Assembly: GCA_040954595.2 (NCBI GenBank)
Contig: CM082595.2
Span: forward strand, 269,590-333,589
Length of the DNA stretch: 64,000 nt
Source of the DNA: Balanoglossus misakiensis
Lineage: Eukaryota > Animalia > Hemichordata
Direction: 5' to 3'
The translations under genes were made by a program, and so were the position numbers. The notes under the pieces were generated by a model that saw only the letters and a list, made by a program, of their open reading frames with translations, did not search any database and was not told the origin of the DNA. Shown here piece after piece: positions 38,956-50,886 of this stretch. The first letter of the stretch is position 1. Each line of letters starts with the position of its first letter.

Positions 38956-41900
38956 TCACGATGAGCTTTTGTCTCCTAGGCCAAAGCTGATTGCGTGTGT
39001 CTGTGACTGTTTGGTTGTTCGTGCGTCTTCGCTCTCTTTCCAGTCAGTTTTCTGTTTGTGCTGTTTCACAGCTTCATCCACCCTGGCGTCGATCATCTCA
39101 GCTGTGAGCATACCGTCCTCTGATGCATAGCCACTTGCCTACAAGGAGAAAAACATGAAATGGGAGCTTACATAACCGAGACAAAAAATTTGTAGAAAAT
39201 TTGGTTTGGACATAATGTTTGTACACACGAAATTATGCACGTGCGCATAAGATGATTGTCGGGCTTTAATGCCACATTTCCATGTCACTCTTTGTACACT
39301 TACCTGCCATGCAACGCCAATCTTTGCAATTTCTCTTCCTGATAGACCACCCGTCTTGGACGCAATCTCCTTACACTTCACGCCATAGTCGAGCTGTTCC
39401 ACCTTGAACCGACTGTCAAGAAAAATCAAATATGAGGAATGAAGTTACATGACATCTATCAAGTCCAAAGTCTTCCATTACAATAAATATTGAAACGTAC
39501 CTCTTCCCTGAAGTTGCTGGTTGTAGAATGTATTTATCAAAATAATAGTACACCATCCTCTCTCTCTCTTCAAGTCCCGGAAGATCAAAGTTCACCATTT
39601 CATCCAAACGGTCGTTTATTGCCCAATCAAATTGTTCCGGTTGATTACTTGCTAAAACTAACATAAACCTGCAAAGGAAAATATAATTGTGAAAAGGGGG
39701 ATGAAACTCACAAAGAATCCAAGTTAGAGTTTTGTGTCACATGACTGTCATGTGACAAACATTATAGCATCGTTTGTTTTTCACAAATTCTATGTACTTA
39801 CTTTTTAGACTGCTCTCCCGTCCTGTACAAAAATGCATTTAATGTTGCCCTCATGTCTTCACTGATCACTTCCTGCAATTAAAAACCAGAAACAGGATGA
39901 GTCTATCATTGCACATTTCATGTTTTATAGTTCTGTTTGGTTATAAATGAAATCAAGACCTTATAATATTAGACAACTTACCGAACTCCTCCTCCGAAGA
40001 AAAGCGTCTGCTTCATCTACAAAGAGTAAGACCCTAGCAACAAAATAATGAGAAATGGTGGTTTGAAATAATTTCACCTCAGAATGACAAGTGTTAAACA
40101 CAACCAGAGCCACAACTCTGAAAGCAATTTGCGACATAATACACTTAACCCCTTCTTAGGGTTCTACTTGAAGATGCCCAATCAAACATAATACACTTAC
40201 CCCCTTCTACTTGAAGATGCCCAATCAAACACTTTATGCATGGCAGTGACACCGTCTTTCCCCATGGGGGCTACATCACCTCCTGTCATAATGGCATAGT
40301 CCATCCCAGAATGCATTGAGAGACTCTGTTTCAAAAGTGATAGATACATGTATAGTCATGTTATCCTGCACTGTACATTTCTTCATTCATATTCAGAATA
40401 CAAATACACTTCGTTAAATCTCTTGTAAGTTTATTTGGTACAACCACAAATAACTTGTCTCCTTACCTTGGCAAATAGAGTTTTTCCTGTTCCCGGTGGA
40501 CCATAAAATAGCAAGTTTCTGTAGAGACCTTTGTTTCTCTTAGTATTACGAGTTGCTACGGCAATTTCACGAAGACGTTCCTCCAGGGATGGCTGTGTGT
40601 AGAGCCAGAAAAAGCATCAACGTGTTAAAAGTAACCAAAGAAAATGAAAGTTTACACTCTATGCTTTATACTGTGTCTTGTTTCAGACAAGATCATCATT
40701 GATAGAACTGATGTTAGAATTACAAGTGCATACCTGAAGGACAATTCCTTTGAGAGCATCTTCTGGTTTCACAAATATCCGTCTTGTGGTTTTGATCGGG
40801 TGTCTAATGCCTTCCAGGAGAGTAAGTCTGGATGTTTCCCTGACCAGAGACGGTTTTCCAAGTCGGGCTTCTAAGTACCTGGCCCCAATACCGGTACCCA
40901 TTTTTGCTGTGTACACACCTAGTGCCAAAAGTGTGAGACCTGCAGCCTGCAATTAAAAGAAGAAACTGTATTGATTCTTGAGATATGTGTAATGTGATCT
41001 TAAAAAGCCTGTTGACAGAGGAACTGATATACATGTACCACAAATAAGTCAAAATTTTAAAGTCTGCCACAGTCAGATCAAATACATATGGAAATTAAGA
41101 GAAAAAAATAAAATGCATACCGTGGCTGACACTTTATCCCAGTCAGAAATAAAAGCTTTGAAGCCATCGCCAAGAACAGTCCCAGCAGTTCTGAAAAATA
41201 CAATTTGTTCAAGTCAAAGGAATCCAATGAGTTTTCAGTCAAAAGTATTAGTTCTAAGCCCCAAAGAATTCAGCAAAAGTCCTATAACTTTACTTTTTAT
41301 TTAATGCAAAAACAAATTTACTTGGTAACTCACTTGATAGACTGTAGCACAGTCTCTCTGTACTCTTTGGCCTGAAGACGAATTTGTTCATTTCGGAGAT
41401 CCCTATTCTCCCGTTCTATTTTAGCCTTGCCCCTCAGTTCTGCTTCCAATTTCTTCATTTCATTGGTGTGTCTCAGCTCAGCCTCATACTCTATCGTCTT
41501 CCTTCTCATGGATTCCTGTTTGTTGACGGACTCTTCCTGTTTTCTCAGATTATCCTCGTTCATCAGTTGCTAAGATACAAAGTTTGTGATACATTATCAG
41601 ATATTTTATCACCATGGGATATATTTAATCAGGGTGAAAGAGAACAATGTATACTAGTAGTAATTTACCTGTTGTTTTAACTGATCTTCATATCTCCTCC
41701 TTGCAAGCTGATCTTGATATTGAGCTCTCTCTTGATGTTGCTTGGTTTCTTGACCCAGTGTTTTTCTCTTTTCATCTCCTTGAGCTCTGATCTGATCCAC
41801 TTTCATTTGCTCAACGTGAGCTTCAAATTCCTTGTCAAAGGAAGAGTGATCAACAATTTTGATAAATTTAATTCTAACCCTTCCACGTAAAAAAAAAACA

Positions 41901-42636
41901 ATTACTGTTTAGGATACTGCTCATTGTCCATTTCTTTGTGTAATATGTTAATGTGCAATGTGATCCTGTGTTTATGTAAATATATTCCAGACTAGCATAA
42001 ACATGTTTCCATGATTTGCGGTAGTCTTGTCCGACTTTCTCTTGAAAACAATAGGGATGAAGTCAAGGGCAAATACAATAATTTCTCAGATACATACAAC
42101 TTGGTGTGAATGTTACTAAATGTGACACCACGAGACATCTGCACCAAATTGTGTTATTAATCTTTATGAAATCTTACTTTGATTTGTTTCTTTTCCTCAA
42201 GTTGTTTTGTGTCTTCTTGTTTCAGTGCCAGGCCAAGTGCTTCCTTGGCATTTACTGAAATAGACAACATGTTCAGTTATTTATTTTTTCATCTAATCAT
42301 GATGTTGTATAAGGGAGACACTCTCATCGTTTCATGTAAGCTTGCCTTCACAACCCGTCACGTCCAATCAACGTCTGAATACCAACGTTCAATAAAAGCT
42401 ATCATTCAGTGAATCAGTAAATTACCTGATCTATCAAGTTCACGAGCGGCGGCGGCTGCTCTTTCGAGGCCAGTCGGGTCGAAACCTTGCCATACTTTTT
42501 TCTTGTCGCGATCGCCGCCACCCTTGTCACCCTTATCCCCTCCCCCGGCACCTCCCCCTTCGCTTGACGGCGGCATCTGTAGATTGGCAATGTCGGCAAA
42601 CGACGTGTCTTTGTTCAGTCCAAATAACCACGACAT
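38956..42636 (-). CDS. ATAD3: Mitochondrial AAA ATPase ATAD3
   Basis: [23 protein letters not shown]; coiled-coil exons; [14 protein letters not shown]; Walker A GPPGTGKT; Walker [10 protein letters not shown]; [16 protein letters not shown]; GLSGREIAK. Confidence 0.96.
40135..40230. repeat. ~50-bp tandem duplication of an ATAD3 exon end and donor site
   Basis: acataatacactta.ccccttct and ctacttgaagatgcccaatcaaac each occur twice. Confidence 0.85.
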
Positions 42637-43050
42637 GGTGACAGGATTTTTTCTGAAATACGACCACGATCGTGGATTTTTTTCACTCTGATGAAAGATA
42701 CACGTGAGTTACCAAAGCCGGTCGGTCAGGTCAAAGTACCGGAGGTCACGGTACATGCGCAATGAAACTTGCTAATTTTCACCATAGAGGGGGTTATTTG
42801 TTTCTCTGACGTCAATGCAAAACTCAGGTAGCTGCAAGGTAACAATCGCGTTGTCTTCGGACGTAAACACTCGTGAATGTGGCCCTTATAGTGGTGGTAC
42901 CGTGTATTTTAAACAAAATCCAATGTGACATTTTCTTCGATCTTCGGAAAAAGTAACGTTCCGTCCATTTCGCCTCAACGAACACCTGTTGATGCGGTTG
43001 TAAGTAACCGATCTGAAGGAAACTTACAAGGAAGAGTAACCAAGCTCAAG
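42637..43050. promoter_or_regulatory. Candidate bidirectional promoter between ATAD3 and the LRR gene
   Basis: The divergent ATGs are ~415 bp apart. The region is CpG-rich, with CACGTG (~42701), TGCGCA (~42756) and TGACGTCA (~42807). Confidence 0.5.
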
Positions 43051-45187
43051 ATGGCTTCCACCGTAAGGTTAGAGATTTTAGTCGTTGTGGGCCTTTCTTC
43101 GCTGAAACACGGAGCTGTTGCAAACTCAATCGAACAATCACGAAAATGACATCCGTATGCTATTGTGAAGCCTATAGATACTGACAGTCATGACTTATGT
43201 TCGATGTCAGTTGCATTTGTAGGGATTCCCTTCACTGAATGACGTCATGGTAGTGTATCCCCCCAGCCAGTTGCTAACCAAGAAAAGATGAACATATTCT
43301 TTTTCCTTTGCTGGTGTTAGTAAACAACCTTTATTTAGGCAAATATATTTTACTCGATTAAAATTTCCATTTTACAGCAACACAAAGCTGTCCATCACTG
43401 ATCATGGGTCTAGTGTGTACGTACCATCCATGATGATGAAGCAGCCGAGAATTCCATCGAAGAGACATGATGCTCCATATGTAAGCATTTGACAAATATT
43501 TGTTATTTCATCCTCCATATTACTTAACAAGGGAAAAAGTGTAATTGCTGCAATGTACATCTTTGCAAACAATGTGATGGATTGGTTACTTTGTATTATA
43601 CTTAACTGTGTTTCTTTTTTTCTAGTTGCCCTCAGAAAGATTCAAACATTCAGTATGGCATGATTTGAAACACAATGATATAAAAGGTACTCAGCTGAAC
43701 TGTCCGAGAGTACGCAAATGCCCAGAGAAGAAAGAAAGTACATTCTACACAGTAACTGATGATGAAGGAAGTAAAATACACCATTCCAGGAAAGGCAGGG
43801 ATAAAGTGGATTATATGAAGAAAACAGAAGATTGGGAAAATTGCACAGTTAGTTTATTAGTTTTTAATTCAGTTTTTCACTGATAGTGATTTTGTTTGAT
43901 TTAAAGAATGTAACATTGTTAGTAGAACCAAATCTTTTCTGATATTTTTCTGAGTTTGATTTTCCTTTTCCATAGGTTATCACGTAGCCAACCATGATTT
44001 TTATTCTGTATTTTTTCCACAGGATCTCAATATTTCGTATCAGGCGTTAGGTCACAGATACCAAAAAGAAAACTTAGTACGTATTCTGAAGAGGTTAATC
44101 CGTGTGGAAAGACTGGACCTGGCTGATAATTCACTCGTTGACTTGCATGCTGTTACATTTCTAAGGTAAAAAAATGATTCCTTTTGCTTCTTGTACTGTA
44201 CAACTGGCATGACATTTCTCATAGATTAATCAACTGTCAAGGTTGTCATATAGAGACATGATGTTACATCAGTTAAAAAGTGATGCTGTGGGTCAGTGGT
44301 CTTAAATTATTGTTTTGCATAGGATATATGCACTATCTTCAAGTGATCTTTTATCATATCATTTTTATTTCAAACCAACAGGTGTACACATCTGACTTTG
44401 TGTATGAACTACATTGACAGCTTCAAGGTTTGTCACTACTTTCATTATAATGTGGAACATCGCTGTAGTTGGTCATAGTTCATGTATGTATGTTCATAAA
44501 ATTGACAAGCACCATTTGGCCATCAGTCAAGATGAGTAGTATCAAAATGATTAAGACTTGTAGAATTGTTAGATTTATTTTTTTTAATTTTAAGAAGTTA
44601 ACTATAGCACTACCAGACAAGGTAATTCAGTAGTATTCAAATGTTCTTATTCTAGAACCTTCCCAGATGTCCACAGTTGAAAGAATTGAACCTTGCTTGC
44701 AATCACATCAACACGCTGGACGGATTGAGCATTTTGAGAAAATCACCTCTGGAATCTTTAGATCTAAGAAGAAATCCAGTGGTTGTCACTAATAACTATC
44801 GATACAGGTGAGAATTTCCCTCCTGCATGGGGACAGTTGTGAGACAGAAAATATTAATTGACAGGGAAATTTTAGTTCGTATCTCTGTGTTGATGGAAAT
44901 ATATGCTGGGTTGAAGAATAATTGTGTTTTTCAATTGGATGTTTTATGTTATGTTCAGTTTTGGCTACCAGTTCGCGTACCAGTTGGTCAAACTATTAGT
45001 TGAATTGTTTTCTGAAGGTTGTTTGAAAAAAACTACAGTACTATATTGCTGTTATTTTTTTTTCAGGGTTTTCCAGACATTGCCCAACTTGAAGGAGCTT
45101 GATGGAATTCCAAAACTTGCCTCAGACGATTATGAAGATGAGTATGATGATGATGATGATAATCGCAGTCGATGTATCATCTCATAA
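43051..45187 (+). CDS. Leucine-rich-repeat protein (SDS22/ANP32-like LRRs plus LRRcap) with an acidic tail and C-terminal CaaX
   Basis: In-frame exons starting 43051, 43378, 43626, ~44022, ~44382, ~44657 and ~45067. LRRs [20 protein letters not shown] and [11 protein letters not shown]; LRRcap [17 protein letters not shown]; ends [12 protein letters not shown]. Confidence 0.85.
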
Positions 45188-47592
45188 ACAATGATTTATA
45201 TTTTTGCTGCTCTTTTCATCTGCAATGATTATAAAAAGAGACATTTACATTCCAAAATAGACAACTTAACTGCAGGTAATCACATAGAATTTTACATTTC
45301 ATTATGATTCCAAAGACAAATGTAAAAGAATTCTTAATGTTCACATTAATCAACATGTAACCTTTGTAAGAAATTACTCAATATTATTTAACAACCCTTG
45401 ACAATGTATACAACTGGAAACAGTTTTTTTACAGAAAAGTGTATTTTCCTTTAAATTTGTTTGTATCAAGAATTACAAATTCTTTTCCCAACAAAGAAAA
45501 ATGTTCGCAAAATGTTCAAATGAAGCTTATCCTTGAGATTCATAGATTTGTATACATGTAAATATTGTTTAAAGATATTTAGTATAAGCATTTTGTAAAA
45601 GAAATTGTTGACTTTATGTATTGAACAGCTATTCCACAAATTCAACTTCATAATCTAAAGAATTTCATCATGTGCAGATAGCTATCTCAGATTATGTACC
45701 TGAAGTTTGCTAAGTGTTTTTCAGATATCCCTGTCCAGTACCGGTACATTTATTTAGAAGAAATCAATATGCATTATGGTTGGGTTTGAGCTTTACTTCC
45801 TGTCAAAGTACATCTCCTTGACTAGAGGCTAATGATTAACATTTTTACTGCAACCTTTTTTTAGTATCAGAGTACAGAAACTGACAAGACACATTTACAG
45901 GTTTGTTCTGTATCTTGTATTATAAAAAATATGCATTTGAAATAAAATTATGGCAACTTTATGGAGCTTCATATCTTGTGTATCTCATTGTCATCTCTGC
46001 TCGCAAATCCATGTAGCCACATGCATCTTTTTGCATTGTCTTTTGCAAAATGTGATCTAATTTTAATCATCTTAGTTCTCCATTGAAAATTCAGGAAAAT
46101 CTGTAGTTTCCAGAGAGAGCTGAAAAAGAAACATTCACTTGGAGAATGGCACTGTCTGAGTTTCTGCACGACATCAATGGCTCCAGTCAAATAACTTTTT
46201 AGTATCATTTTTCGGTTCGTCATTGACACTTGTATTAATCAAAGGCTCTGAAATGCAAGGTAAGGTAGAAGTCTAATATAGGGAAGTTATAAATGAGATT
46301 AGTAACCATTAATTGAAAACTTGCACAAGACTCGTGAGCTGCCAAACAACGCTTAAAAGGCATTTTTTGGCCAATTGTCAAAACAAACGTACTATCAATT
46401 GTTCTCCTTGGCAACAAGGTTACGTGCAGTTGGTGTTTATCTTCTAAACTTAACGTTGCTATGGCAAATACTGCTCCAATAAACACAACAGAAACATTTG
46501 AACTCTGAAATGTACAGTGTCACGCCCCATTTCTTAATTGCATACTGTGCATGAAACATACAAAACGAAAGTTAAAGTATTTCTAAAAACAAGTGCTATA
46601 TTCAGCAAACTTTCGAGACTAAGGCAAACACTGCATGTTCGTTCTTCAGTCTCATGTGAAATTAACTGAAAAAAATGGCCTGCATCACTTTCAGAGTAAA
46701 AAGTTCCAATTGTATTCATGACGTTTTTAGTGTGTTGTTAAAGATGGGGTGCTAAGACTACAGATTGAGTGTACTCTGCACCTGATGCGAACGCACTAAG
46801 TTAGTACGGTCACTTAAATGACCTGTTTCGCTTTTGTTATCATATATGTAGTGTAGAATCTAGTATCCATAAGAACGCATTTACACTTGGATAATACTCA
46901 TGGTCTATATACAAAAAAATGTAATATCTTTTAACCTCAAATCAGGGCGCTTCCCTCCAAGTTAAACTTTATATAGATGCCAAGTAGAATAGTGTGATTT
47001 TGTTCTTGACTGCGTTGTCACAAACAACGTGTGAGACTATAAATACAGAAACTTATGTCTACCAGTAACAATGAGAATATTAAGGATCATGTACCTCCTA
47101 ACTTAATTTAATCTGCAAAAATCATGGTATTCCTGTACATTTGGTTACAGACATCCCACGCCCATGCATGCATTAATGATGTTCAATGCAGAAACAGTGT
47201 CATTGGACTTCAGAATACAGGGACTTTGATAAGTCAGTCGATTTTTTTGAACCCCCCCCCCCCCTCCTTGCTCCTCTTCGTCTTGACAACCACGCTATGT
47301 TGAAGTGATGCGTAGCACATCTGATCAAGGTTTATCTCATTATACATACCAGGCAGGGAGATAAAGCGTGATAATAAAGACATACTATACTATCCAGGTC
47401 GACATATTGTGATAATCAAAGAGTTATTAACTAGGGTTTCTAAGGCAACTGAACCAAACAAAACTACACACAATAAGACAAAAACTGTTGTCGGTGGGAT
47501 CTGTTCCTCACTTCACAGCACCACCACTCCACATACACCAACTGTGGAACAGATACAGAAGCAGCCAAGGCAGCAATTGAATCGCTTCAAAG

Positions 47593-48009
47593 ATGGAAGA
47601 CACAACACACCTCACCGTGAATGAACAGCCACAAGTAGTTCCACATACAACGATTATTAACGAAGGTGGACCGTCTGGGGAATGGAAGCATGGAATTTGT
47701 GGCTGCTTCAACAACGTTGGGTTGTGTCTCTATGGTTACTTCTGTTCGTGCCTTGTGGCTGGTGAAAACGCAGAGAAGATGGGAGAATCCTACTGGGGTT
47801 ATTGCTGCGTGGTATATTATCCTCTTGCCTGCATGCCCTTCCTCACCCACATGCGAACCAAAGTACGGGAACGGTACGGGATCCCTGGCACTACTACCAA
47901 GGATTGCTGCACATCTACTTTCTGTTATATCTGTTCAGTGATACAGACAGCCCAGCAGTTGAAAGAAGCTACAGTGTCACCCATGCAGATGAAGGTGTCC
48001 AGAGATTAA
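47593..48009 (+). CDS. PLAC8/cornifelin-family Cys-rich protein
   Basis: WKHGICGCF..LCLYGYFCSC, RTKVRERYGIPG..DCC..FC..CSVIQ. Single coding exon, with AATAAA at ~48568 and ~48646. Confidence 0.92.
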   Translation: MEDTTHLTVNEQPQVVPHTTIINEGGPSGEWKHGICGCFNNVGLCLYGYFCSCLVAGENAEKMGESYWGYCCVVYYPLACMPFLTHMRTKVRERYGIPGTTTKDCCTSTFCYICSVIQTAQQLKEATVSPMQMKVSRD

Positions 48010-48707
48010 ACTTGAGGATAAAAGGTGCGTACATGTGAAATCTGTGCAACTTCGCTGCATTCATATTTTGCAAATTTGTGCAAAATAATCAAGAAGGACA
48101 GTGAAATGTAAACTAATTTCAGACTAATTTCGAAACAGAATGTTTTAAAAATGTAGTTTTCGTTTGTCTAGTTATCTCTTACCCATGTTAGTTATTTTGT
48201 TCCAATTGGGTGTATTTTTTATCCTTTTAACTTTCAGAGTACAAGAGTGTCTTTGATAACGTGGTGTTTAAACCTGGGCAGCCATATTGCGGCCGTGTTC
48301 AAGAAGCAACTTCCTGAAGTTGTGTATGCCTCCAATGCTATCAATCATTAACTTGCATTTACAAGATTGGACCCTAGACAGCGAGTCATGACAAACGCGA
48401 TTTGTGGATAATTGGATTTTGCTATGTTTTTGCTCACTTTCAACTTTTCATTTTAAAATTCGCGTTGGTATATTTACCATCGTGCTGTAGCGCAAGCTGA
48501 TGGTTCAATTACAAAGTTATGTGATTGTTAAATGTAATATAGATGTTTTATGAAAACATGCAATTGAAATAAAATTATAATGACTATTGTGAAAGAAAAG
48601 TTGTGTATACACATGGTCATGAAATGCATGCTGCAGGAAAAATCGAATAAAGAGCTTATGAAGTATAAGCCTACCAACCTGTTTATATTATTATTATATT
48701 GATGCAC

Positions 48708-48710
<3 letters not shown>

Positions 48711-48750
<40 letters not shown>
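48711..48750. repeat. (ATC)n microsatellite
   Basis: About 13 perfect ATC units. Confidence 0.95.
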
Positions 48751-48832
48751 CAATCAAGTAAACACGAAAACTTTTGAACATCTTAAAAAAAAAAACAAAA
48801 AAAAAACAAGCGGCTAGTGGGCCAGTCTAGAC

Positions 48833-50886
48833 AACCCATGATATTTTTCAAAAAATGAGGAAATTTTGAAAATTCGCAAAGTCGAAAAATTGTCATTTCT
48901 GGATGATTTTCATGAGCTATAACCCATGGTTTTTGTCAAAAAATGAGGAAATTTCGAAAATTCGCAAAGTCGAAAAATTGTCATTTCTGGATGATTTTCA
49001 TGAGCTATAACCCATGGTTTTTGTCAAATGATGACCAAATTTTGAAAATTCGCAAAGTCGAAAAATTGTCATTTCTGGATGATTTTCATGAGCTATAACC
49101 CATGGTTTTTGTCAAAAAATGAGGAAATTTTGAAAATTCGCAAAGTCGAAAAATTGTCATTTCTGGATGATTTTCATGAGCTATAACCCATGGTTTTTGT
49201 CAAAAAATGAGGAAATTTTGAAAATTCGCAAAGTCGAAAAATTGTCATTTCTGGATGAATTTCATGAGCTATAACCCATGGTTTTTGTCAAAAAATGACC
49301 AAATTTTGAAAATTCGCAAAGTCGAAAAATTGTCATTTCTGGATGATTTTCATGAGCTATAACCCATGGTTTTTGTCAAAAAATGACCAAATTTTGAAAA
49401 TTCGCAAAGTCGAAAAATTGTCATTTCTGGATGATTTTCATGAGCTATAACCCATGGTTTTTGTCAAAAAATGACCAAATTTTGAAAATTCGCAAAGTCG
49501 AAAAATTGTCATTTCTGGGTGATTTTCATGAGCTATAACCCATGGTTTTTGTCAAAAAATGAGGAAATTTTGAAAATTCGCAAAGTCGAAAAATTGTCAT
49601 TTCTGGATGATTTTCATGAGCTATAACCCATGGTTTTTGTCAAATGATGACCAAATTTTGAAAATTCGCAAAGTCGAAAAATTGTCATTTCTGGATGATT
49701 TTCATGAGCTATAACCCATGGTTTTTGTCAAAAAATGACCAAATTTTGAAAATTCGCAAAGTCGAAAAATTGTCATTTCTGGATGATTTTCATGAGCTAT
49801 AACCCATGGTTTTTGTCAAAAAATGACCAAATTTTGAAAATTCGCAAAGTCGAAAAATTGTCATTTCTGGATGATTTTCATGAGCTATAACCCATGGTTT
49901 TTGTCAAAAAATGACCAAATTTTGAAAATTCGCAAAGTCGAAAAATTGTCATTTCTGGATGATTTTCATGAGCTATAACCCATGGTTTTTGTCAAAAAAT
50001 GACCAAATTTTGAAAATTCGCAAAGTCGAAAAATTGTCATTTCTGGGTGATTTTCATGAGCTATAACCCATGGTTTTTGTCAAAAGATGACCAAATTTTG
50101 AAAATTCGCAAAGTCGAAAAATTGTCATTTCTGGATGATTTTCATGAGCTATAACCCATGGTTTTTGTCAAAAGATGACCAAATTTTGAAAATTCGCAAA
50201 GTCGAAAAATTGTCATTTCTGGATGATTTTCATGAGCTATAACCCATGGTTTTTGTCAAAAAATGACCAAATTTTGAAAATTCGCAAAGTCGAAAAATTG
50301 TCATTTCTGGGTGATTTTCATGAGCTATAACCCATGGTTTTTGTCAAAAAAATGACCAAATTTTGAAAATTCGCAAAGTCGAAAAATTGTCATTTCTGGA
50401 TGATTTTCATGAGCTATAACCCATGGTTTTTGTCAAAAAATGAGGAAATTTTGAAAATTCGCAAAGTCGAAAAATTGTCATTTCTGGAAGATTTTCATGA
50501 GCTATAACCCATGGTTTTTGTCAAAAATGACCAAATTTTGAAAATTCGCAAAGTCGAAAAATTGTCATTTCTGGGTGAATTTCATGAGCTATAACCCATG
50601 GTTTTTGTCAAAAAATGACCAAATTTTGAAAATTCGCAAAGTCGAAAAATTGTCATTTCTGGATGATTTTCATGAGCTATAACCCATGGTTTTTGTCAAA
50701 AAATGACCAAATTTTGAAAATTCGCAAAGTCGAAAAATTGTCATTTCTGGATGATTTTCATGAGCTATAACCGATGGTTTTTGTCAAAAAATGAGGAAAT
50801 TTTGAAAATTCGCAAAGTCGAAAAATTGTCATTTCTGGGTGATTTTCATGAGCTATAACCCATGGTTTTTGAAAATTCGCAAAGTC
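48833..50886 (+). repeat. Satellite block A: 88-bp monomer, ~23 copies
   Basis: Consensus aaaattcgcaaagtcgaaaaattgtcatttctggatgattttcatgagctataacccatggtttttgtcaaaaaatgaccaaattttg. Confidence 0.97.
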
